DNA of 64,000 nucleotides from a virus: IMG/VR virus record IMGVR_UViG_3300027858_000541; one strand, 5' to 3'. Shown piece by piece: positions 54,601 to 64,000 of this stretch (position 1 is its first letter; each line of letters starts with the position of its first letter). The notes under the pieces were generated by a model. It saw only the letters and a program-made list of their open reading frames with translations, ran no database searches and was not told where the DNA came from. The position numbers and the translations under genes were made by a program.

Positions 54601-56913
54601 AAAAAACAATGAAAAGGGGAATGAACATGAATAAATTAGAGATTAACAAAGAATATTTAGGTGTGGAGTTGTCCAAATTTGAACATGCCGGGATTCCGAT
54701 TGCACAATTAGTAAGAGGTGACCAGACCTTTGTACTGGAGACAAATGGTAAAAGAGATGACTTGTATCTTGAAATTGTAGAGTATAACCAAAATAGTACC
54801 GATGAAGGTTTTTCAGAACCAATTTATGAAATGCCTAAAACCGAAAATGAGGTAGAGTTGCTCTTTAATGATTATTTATAAACAGTATCTATAAAAGGAG
54901 ATTGAGAGATGGATTTACGAACAGGTACTATTATCGAAGTGACATTTGATGCCCCGGAACTAAGAGGACATAGTATAGAGGCATTATTAATTGGAAAAGA
55001 GACCGATTCTTATGTCATCATTTGTTCAGATAATAATAAAGTGGGTTATATCGATAAAAACAGCATTCAAAAGGTTGTCCGTTGTACAAATGAAAGTATC
55101 GAAATGGCTAGGAAAGCTCTCGATACATGGGAGGGTTCTAAACCTCTCATTATTCAATAATACACCAGCGAATAGGAGCTCTAAAATGAGAAGTCAAACT
55201 CAAATGTTGAGTTTTTTAGACGAAAACTTACTTTACCATGAAGTGAAAACAAAGGGGAATAAAATAATCTGCAGAAGAACTGTTAATTCAAGAAGTTTTT
55301 CGTCATTTAAATTAACTTTTCTAAAGACGGGAGAAGTATCCTTGAATGTTCGTAGCTATACTGAGCGATTCACTTCCGAAAGTGACATGTTCAATTTTAT
55401 GGGAGCATTTGCCTTCTTAAATAATTGGCATGGAAGGTTAGGAGAACATGAAGCAGAAGGAGAAGGGTTGTTTTCTACAGCACAAGCTAAATAAAGGAGG
55501 AAAAGAAAATGAATTACGATTACCCTGATAATCTGAAGGTGATGCAAGATTATCTTCAGGATAGCTACACAAAGTCGTTAAAGTTAACAGGAGGAAGATA
55601 TGATAGAGCGATGGAAAATGCTACTGGAGTTGTGACGAATAGCTTATATTACTTCGTTAAAAGTGTGAGCGAAAAATTTCAACACCAAAACCAGTATCAA
55701 ATCGACAAGTATTTAAATGAAACAGAAACGATTAAACGATTCTTAGATAGCGTTTCTTTCTCTATCGACTTCTTTTATTTTAGCACGGTGGAGCACCACC
55801 ATATTGATAAGTACCATGCCAATACTGTTAGAAAACGAATGAGGTACTTATTATCAGAACTAAGGTTACTCTTAAAGGATATGAAATAATTAATAGGTGA
55901 ATTAATTAAAAATAGGATGGAGAATGATAAATATGTTAACGATTAAAACAGAATTAAAACAGAAAGTAGAATATACTGAAGAAGAATTCAGAGAAGAAGC
56001 AAAAGGTATGATTCAGTTTGCAATAAATGAAAAAGGCTATTCATTCGAACAGTTAAGTGCGGATATGATTGCGGAAGATATTACTGGGATAATGGGAGAA
56101 CATCAAATGCCCAAAAAAGGCATGGAGATTATTAGGGAAGAATTAATTACAGCCGGAAAAATGAATAGGTAATAAATATATTTAGGAGATAGCTATAAGC
56201 TGTCTTCTTTTCTTATGGATAAACAATAAATGCATAAGATATAGGAGATTCAAAAATAAGGAATAGATGAATTTCTATTTTTAAAAAAGGGAGCTATTAA
56301 TGATGAATATTTTAGAAAATGTTGTTGTAAAAAGGGAACTAGAAAGATTAAGCAGATTAATTGGTACAGATAAAGGAAGAAGTGTAGAAATGGATATTAA
56401 AGTATTCAATAATAACTTACTTTTAATAGAAGACTGGTTAAATAAAGGCGAAAATAAAGGTGTCATAATAGATAATGTCATATGCAGAGAGTGTATTCTT
56501 TCACTCCATACTATTTTGGAATATCTCGGTTTAAAACGTGACCTAGATAAAAATAATATAGAAGGTTCTAAGTTATATATTTCAAAGAAATTTACAATGG
56601 ATTATTTGGATAAACTAGTCAAACTAAATGTTGAAAGAAACCATGATGAGATGGCAGAGACTGTAGTAAAACTACAACATCATCTAGTTAGAGCAGAATA
56701 TTTAACAGAAGACCTAGTTCCTACAAATACTAGTGATATATCTGTATTAGACAAACAAATTGTCGATATCTTCTTGGATGTGAGAAGAGAGTATCAGGAG
56801 GATGGAGAAGTTTGTCAAGATTTCTCGTATTTATCCGTAGCATGGTATTGGTTAGAGAGTAATGGTACAAAGATTTATTAAATCGCTAAAATTTATTTAA
56901 TGGGGGAATTAGG

Positions 56914-57123
56914 ATGACGCTATCAGCTTCACAAAAAAATGCACTATTTTTATTGAGTAAGCCTAGAGAATACGTAAAAGCTCACCCTAGAGATGCATTT
57001 AATAGTAGAACACTAGATGCTTTGAAGAAAAAAGGATTAGTGGAATTTTACCATCATATGAACTTTTTGCATGGTGCCGTCAGATTGACGAAAGAAGGTA
57101 AAAAAGTAGTAAATAGCCTTTAA
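56914..57123 (+). CDS. Small winged-helix-like protein
   Basis: LSASQKNAL...SRTLDALKKKGLVE...VRLTKEG pattern. Confidence 0.5.
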   Translation: MTLSASQKNALFLLSKPREYVKAHPRDAFNSRTLDALKKKGLVEFYHHMNFLHGAVRLTKEGKKVVNSL

Positions 57124-58971
57124 TGGACTGATATAATAGAATAGGAGACGAGAGTCATGGGAACAGTAAATTACTTAAAATTACACGTAGATGGTAGTGC
57201 AACTATACGTTTTAACAGTGGTGAAGAAGAAACGATTCCAGCAAATAACGTACTCAAAAAAGATTTGATAAATGAAATGAATCGCAAGAAACAACTTGAA
57301 AAGGCGAACAAATTAGTAAAAACTCAATTTTATAGATAGTAATACAGTTATTGTTGTTAAAATAAATTATTGAGAATGGATGATTTTAATGCAAACGAGG
57401 TTAAAATATTTAGAAGTTGCAGAAAAAGAATTAGGCGCAATCGAATTTAAGAGTATGTTTCATACGATTGATAATGAGTACTATGCTTTAATTGAAAAAG
57501 AAGTTAAAAGAGGAAAATCAATTAACCAAGATGTTTATGAAAGTCTTACGGAAGGGCAGAGATTCCATTTTAATAAGCATTATAACCATCGTGGAGATAA
57601 GGTGCAGAAAAAAATGATAAAATACAATGGCTTTTTAGCAAATACAGTATCCGGTGAAAAGACGATAGCAACTGCTCGAGAAGGAAAATTTTTCAATGGC
57701 TACACTACAATGAATTTATACGATTTAAATGAAGGTGTCGAAGGTAAAGATGCTCTTTTGGACGCAAATCTAAAAGAATTAGTAAAGCATAAAGAATCCT
57801 TAAAAAGTGGAAAACGAGTGGATATACATTTAGAATGGGAATTATCTGAGGATAAATCGAAATATCTTGATGTACATGTACTAAAGGTAGAAGTTGTTGA
57901 GGATTCAATTGTATAGCTGATGCTTATTCTCTCAATGAAGAGGATATTAAACAAAGAGAGGCTAAATGTCCTCTCTTTTTTATATTTTTACTTAAATTAA
58001 AGTATCATATAAAAGCATTAAATAATAGGGGTAGAAGATTTGATACTACAGCTAAAAAAAGGAGAGTAAATAATGAGAGAAAAACGAGAAATATTCGCTC
58101 TAACACACATTTATTTATCTACAGAGAGTAAGAGTGAGCAAGAATTAGAACTAGAGCTGAAAAATACAATTGAAAAAATAAAAGAGGAGCATCCTGAATT
58201 ATCAATTACAGTACATGAAACTAAGGTCGAAACTATTTAAGTTAGGTGAAAGAGAGGATGAGGGAATTGGTAAAGATGATGTCAGTAGAACAAATAGAGC
58301 CCGTAACAATATGGGGGCAGGACGGAAAGCTTCCTTTGGAAGAGAAAATAATTATTTGTAAAGGCGAAGCCTTTACACCACCAAGGTTTTGGAAATGGAT
58401 AGTTATTACGGAAGGGGGATTTACGGAAATAATGAAAAATCACGGATGGGTTAAATCAGAGTGCACTAAATATTTAAGTTCAGAACAATTGACTAGTTTA
58501 AGGGAAAGTAATTAATTGAACGAAATAATTGTCTGAATTTTTTTTCTATGAGAAACAGGAAATACCTGTTTCTTTTTTCTTTATATAAACTTGCATATCA
58601 TATAACAAGTTTTAAATAAAGAAGGAGTAGAATGTATCTATAAAAGATATGAATAGTGAAAAAAGTTTTAGAAAAATAGGAGGGAATCGGATGAATTATA
58701 AAGATAAGTTTGTCGGTATAAAAGTATATGGATATTGTGACGGTTTTTTTGGTTGCTATGCATATGAAGATAAGACTATCATTGCCAGCGGTGAAAACTG
58801 GGTAGTTGCAAAAGATGATAATGATAGTGTTGTGTTTGCTTCTTTTGATACACCGAGTGATATGGAAGCATCAGTTGAAAAGTGGTCTGTAAAAGAAGAA
58901 GATTAATTTATTGGTTGATTTAAACAAAAACACTGGAGAAGAACCTGTCTCTTATTTTGAAAATTTCCATA

Positions 58972-59019
58972 TAACCGGTTTTTCCGATTACAACTAGAAG
59001 TAACCGGCTTATCCGGTTA
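58972..59019. repeat. Tandem pair of palindromes TAACCGG-N5-CCG(G/A)TTA
   Basis: Copies at 58972-58990 and 59001-59019, 29-bp period, intergenic. Confidence 0.75.
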
Positions 59020-61358
59020 TAAAACAGATAAAGGTATCTTTTATTGTGTAATTAATTGCATATAATAGAGAGTTAATAAAAGTTAGGGATAGAACTCTTT
59101 CTATAGTTTAACTTGCAAGTAAAATTTAAATGAAAAGGTAGGAGAAGAAGATGAGTAAAGCAGGAGTAGTAAACATGTTGGATGTTAGTACAGGGAATGT
59201 GAGTTTAGAAACATCCGAAAAATTGAAGACAGAAGTACCAGAAGGATTTTCCATTTATCCTACTTCACACGGATGGTTCGTTAGTGGAGCAAAAAGTGAA
59301 CATATAGGAGGTTGGCCTGAAGATTTTCAGAAGCTTGTTGCTTATGCAGAAGAAAATGACTGTGGGTGGATTAATTTAGACTCAGATGCTAATGAAATAG
59401 ATGAATTAGAGTCATTTGATTGGTAAATAGAGATAGACAAGAGACAGCTTATCGCTGTCTTTTTCTATTATTATGAGGAGGCTTTAAAGTGAGTATTATA
59501 TAAAAGACATAAAAAGTTAGGAGTAGATAATTTTCTACAATAAAAATAGGAAGGAATTTTAAATGAATAGAAAATGATAGGGAGAAAGGTTGGAGATGGA
59601 GATGAAGATGAAAACGAAAACACTGTTTACTAAAAGTGCATAGGAGTATATATTAATTGCAGAACAAAATCATTTATGGACATAAAAATTCAATTAAAAT
59701 TAAAAGGGGAATGACATATGTTTAAAATAGGAAAACAAAATAAAGAAGTTAAAAGCGGAAAATCTTCGAATAACTTCCAAGAATTAATTACCGATGTGTT
59801 TTTTATTAACAAGAACACGAACAAGTTGGAATTTATCTATAATATCATGATTTCTAAACCATCTTTAAAAGGAATTGTGTACTTTGCAAATAGTCAATTA
59901 CTATTATCTGAAATAAAGGACATTCACTATATTACAGACAAAATAGAAGTCTTAGATATGTTACACATATTTAACGATAATGAAATGATGGATATCTATC
60001 AATCTGCATATAAGAGTCATTTCATTACAGAATCAAGTATAAATGTTCAATTTAAGGACGGAAAAAATCTTGAATTGCTATTTTAGAAAAATAGGGAGGG
60101 TTATCTGATGAAGTATAAAATTGTAGTAAAGTATTTAGTACCCCAAAAAAGAGAAAAGCATTTACAAGTGCGCTATATCAAAGAATTAGAAACAATCTCA
60201 TTTAATGAAATGGGAGGCACTATATTTACAGATAAAGAGTCAGTAGACCGCATATTACTAGAATTATTCACAAACCGTATAAAATATGAACATCTTGTAG
60301 AAGGTTCTCCGTATCTAAATGTACGGGTTATACAAGGTAATGAATTTGGTATTCTAGGAGATATGATATCGATAAAGTTCGAAACAGAAAAATAGAGTGT
60401 GAATTGATTTATTGCTAAAGACAGCCAATTTGGTTGTCTTTTTATGTTTGCAAAGCTACTGCATATTATATAAAAGATATAAAACTTAGGAGTAGTTTTT
60501 TCTACAGACTGATTCCGAAGACTTTTTATCCAGAGAGTAGTAAAAATAGAATGGAGCGAGATAACATGGAAAAAGAGAAAAAGGGACGAGCTTTATTTAT
60601 TGCGTATAACTGTGACGAATGGAGAACAACTTCTAGTTTAGTAGCCATTGGTGTTTTTAACAAAACCGGTTTGCTAAAATACTTAAAAGGAAATTTCGAG
60701 AAATTTGAAATGAATGATGAGAAACTGAAGAAAAAAGATTTAATAGGTATCACTATTGAGGATATCTTAAATCAAAAAATTGATTACTTGCACGTTATTG
60801 AAACGAAGGTAAACGAAGAATTCTGATATCTTAAAGAGGAAGAAGGAGAAAATTATGAAAAAATATATGGTCTATGATGAAAAAATCGAACAAGCTGAAC
60901 ATACAGACTTCGAATATGTAGTTGGAGAAACAATAGGCGTTAACAGCAATTCGGTTTATAGATGCATGAGGAAAGAAATTATTAACAATAGTTTATATCA
61001 GTTTTTTAAGAAAGGCAGAGTCATCTACGATTTTAATTACTAATCAAAGAGAAGGGGATTTTATATGACAAAAAAATTTTCAGCTACAGTATTTATAGAA
61101 GAATTAAATAAAGGGACTATCCTATCTAAATTTTTAGCTGAAACATACGGATTAACCATTTCTCAAACAACAGAAGGGAAGTATAGTAAAACAGACTGGT
61201 TATTGGTTGACGAAGCTTTTCTAAACTTACTGCATGATAGCGAAGGGATGTATAACTTTATTTGAGAAACTCATAACAAAGAAGCAGAAATAGTTTCCAT
61301 TGAATTGAATAAAAAAGTATTTATTGAAGACCTCGAAGGAAGTATTAATTAAATAAAC

Positions 61359-61715
61359 TTGAATGGAGAATTTAAAGTGCCTAGTAAGTTAGATAAAGTT
61401 CCAATTAATAATCCAAAGCTTGATAAAAGAGTCAAACTGACTGATGAAGATAAGGATAACATTGTAAAAGAATACGAAAGTGGTGGCATTAGCATTACGA
61501 GTTTAGGAAAAAAATATGGAGTGAGTAAACGATTGATACAGTTTACATTGTTCCCTGAAAGGAAGGAAAAAGCAAAAGAGAGATATTCTGAAAACAGAAA
61601 AGATGGAAGATATTACGATAAAGATAAACATAAAGAATATATGAAGAAGCACAGAGAACACAAGAAGGAATTGGACAATAAAGGTTTATTAGGTTCTGAT
61701 ACAGAAGGTGAATAA
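61359..61715 (+). CDS. Helix-turn-helix protein
   Basis: KLTDEDKDNI..EY..G.ISITSLGKKYGVSKRLIQF. Confidence 0.7.
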   Translation: MNGEFKVPSKLDKVPINNPKLDKRVKLTDEDKDNIVKEYESGGISITSLGKKYGVSKRLIQFTLFPERKEKAKERYSENRKDGRYYDKDKHKEYMKKHREHKKELDNKGLLGSDTEGE

Positions 61716-62306
61716 TAAGGAGATTTTTTTCCTATAATGGAATTGTGGTAAAATTGACCAACCGAAGTTAATTAAATAATAAACTGTATTACAATTAATA
61801 TTACGGTTTTATTAATACTAGGAGGTATATAAATGAGCATGGTAATGGAGAAAGCAAGAGCTTTAACAGAATCAAAGGGATGGGAAATCCTCAAGCTAAG
61901 AGACTTCGACAAAAATCCTTTGAATGATTATCTAAAGTTCGTGTTGATACAAAGAGAAGAAAATGATTACGCTACACTTCTATTCAACGTAGATTCCAAT
62001 GGATTCAGCGAAGGTCATTACAATTTTACAACATACGAAAAAGCGTATGAAGACTTACTGAACAGAGGCTGATTCAATGAATTAGATAGAAAAACAAACA
62101 GATGAGTGTGATATCTGTGGGCCATAATAAAAAGAATGAAAGATTTATTAAGAAGAGATAGCCTTTGGCTGTCTTTTTTTTATTAGGTTCTCGTGAAATG
62201 CATATTATATAAGAGTTCATAAAAGATAGGAGTAGATGTGCATCTACATATAAATTGGCTGTATCCAAAAACGGGCATGAAAATGAAATCCAAGGAGGAA
62301 TGAAAG

Positions 62307-62741
62307 TTGGTTACAAATCTCATTGAAAACCATACGAATAGTTTTTTACATGTTTTAAAGGAAGTAGGAGTAAACACTACAAGGGATGTAAATAAAGGAT
62401 GGTGTCTTGGATTTGCAGAGTTTATTTTACTTCATCTAGAAAATGAAAACTATACATCTGCAGAAATGCTTACGAATGATTATTTAGTAGAGGGAGAAGA
62501 ATTGCCAGACTCTAGTTATGTAGAAAACTTTGATGAAAAAGAAATGGCAAAATACCAAATTTCGATGAACCAATATACAGCATTTAAAGAGCTTGTAACG
62601 AAGAGGAATCCAAATGGAATAATCGGGTATCATGCATGGCTATATGACCGTAAAACGCAAAAACACTATGATATCGAATGTCCTAAAGGTGTTGAGAATG
62701 TTTTTGATTTACCATTCTTTACGAGGCAGATTCAATTTTAA
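62307..62741 (+). CDS. Possible papain/transglutaminase-like Cys-His-Asp enzyme
   Basis: KGWCLGFAE ... YHAWLY ... HYDIECP: triad residues in the expected order. Confidence 0.4.
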   Translation: MVTNLIENHTNSFLHVLKEVGVNTTRDVNKGWCLGFAEFILLHLENENYTSAEMLTNDYLVEGEELPDSSYVENFDEKEMAKYQISMNQYTAFKELVTKRNPNGIIGYHAWLYDRKTQKHYDIECPKGVENVFDLPFFTRQIQF

Positions 62742-64000
62742 CATGCAGGAGAACAAATGAATTGCAAATTAGAGGAGGAATAAGGAATGACAGAATTAAT
62801 GAAAAAATTTGATGATGCAATTAGATTGGCTATAACAAAATATGGTGATGAACACATAGATATAATCATAACGGACGATGGAGCTTATGGTGCCTATCAT
62901 TCTTCTAATAATTCTTTTGATGTTACAGGGACTTTTGATGTAGAAGAATTAGGTGGCGTTGAAAAACTTAAGAAATATGAATCCGAATTTGATGAACTTT
63001 GTATATGTGAACAATAGTACTTTAAAGGTCTAAAAAGATTGATTACAAACATTATTAAGAACAGGAGCTGAAATTATGGAACATTATAAAGATACTTTTG
63101 ATGATTTTATAATAGAAGGCAATGAGGTATGGACGCAAGTCTGTAATTCTTGCTCAGAAAATTTAAATATCTCTGGCAAATTACTTTCAGACGGTGTCGG
63201 AAATAGTATATGCGGGGTAATTGGTTGTCAAAAGGTAGCTGATTTGTATTATGATATAGAAATGGATGAAAACCCTGATGGATACGTCGTGACAATGTAC
63301 TGTACGATGGATGGAAGTTTATTAACATTTGATGGGTTTGCTACAAAAAAAGATGCGCATCAATTTATACGTGATTCTCAGACATTAGATGAAAATTCAG
63401 GTAGTGAATCTTGGTACTTGTACAAGGTAGAACCAGCAGAACTATCTAAAGTTGCTTAGTCTTTACTGGTCTTTCCAATATGATTAGACCTATCTATAGT
63501 TTTACGTGGAAGGATGAGATAATTGAAAATAGAGATTAGGTTTACTGATAATACAATGGAACAATGTGATATAGTCAAACGTTTTAACAATGGAGATTAC
63601 GTATTGGACAGAAAAAATCGTAATCGTTTAGAACTAGTGACCGCTTATAATGATGAAAATCTAGAAAATAGTTATAACGGAAGATATATCTGGATTAATG
63701 CATATTTAAAAGATAGAAATGGATATGAGGAAGTCGAAGTAAGGCGAATCCTAACTTAATGTATTTAGAGGTGCAATAAATGAACATTCCAAACTTTGTT
63801 AAAGCTCAATATAGAAAATATGATAAATTATATTATTTAAAAGAGGATTTAAGAGTTGGCTTTTCTATTGATAAATGTTGGTATTCGGCTGTTATTGAAG
63901 CGGTAGATGAATTGAGTGAGAAAGAGTTTCTTGGTTTTAAAGAAAATGAATTTATACAATTGGTAACTTATTTTGATAAAAGCTTTTCTCTAGAAGAAAA

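Larger units (their letters stand above)
53403..62250 (+). repeat. Dispersed family of terminator + TGCATAnnAT promoter-like + AGGAnTAG-loop-CTA leader elements
   Basis: Copies start at 53403, 54541, 56231, 57999, 58592, 59057, 59490, 60460 and 62199 (also 8494). Confidence 0.8.

Noticed and set aside
1-64000. cas1, cas2, stand-alone cas4, tRNA/rRNA genes, transposases, integrases, virion genes
   Set aside because: No motifs recognised by eye. Absence is limited to this window and to manual inspection.

Overview
AT-rich (roughly 30% GC by eye) 64-kb segment of a large low-GC Firmicutes mobile element, most likely from a Bacillaceae host. It could be a megaplasmid, a phage-plasmid or a giant prophage; no virion or replication-initiator genes were recognised here. 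About 100 mostly short, co-oriented (+ strand) hypothetical genes are interspersed with DNA-metabolism genes (UvrD-like helicase with an N-terminal Cas4/AddB-like domain, 5'-3' exonuclease, ATP-dependent ligase) and host-manipulation genes (Rok homologue, YyaC, two RpoA-CTD-like proteins, ART-like and kinase-like proteins). The main result is an adaptation-less type I CRISPR-Cas locus at 22.3-29.5 kb: cas6-cas8(+cas11)-cas7-[array]-cas5-cas3, where Cas3 has the helicase first and the HD nuclease at the C-terminus. Its ~1.34-kb array of 23-24 highly degenerate repeats lies inside the operon, has almost no leader, shows two spacer-length classes and contains a duplicated-then-diverged spacer. 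Other unannotated structure: a shared palindromic operator (TTGACTATAGTCAA) upstream of the cas and DNA-metabolism genes, a type I toxin-antitoxin locus, two families of repeated intergenic 'cassette-boundary' motifs, tandem palindromes and (GATA)n microsatellites. All family assignments come from motif recognition by eye; no database searches were run.
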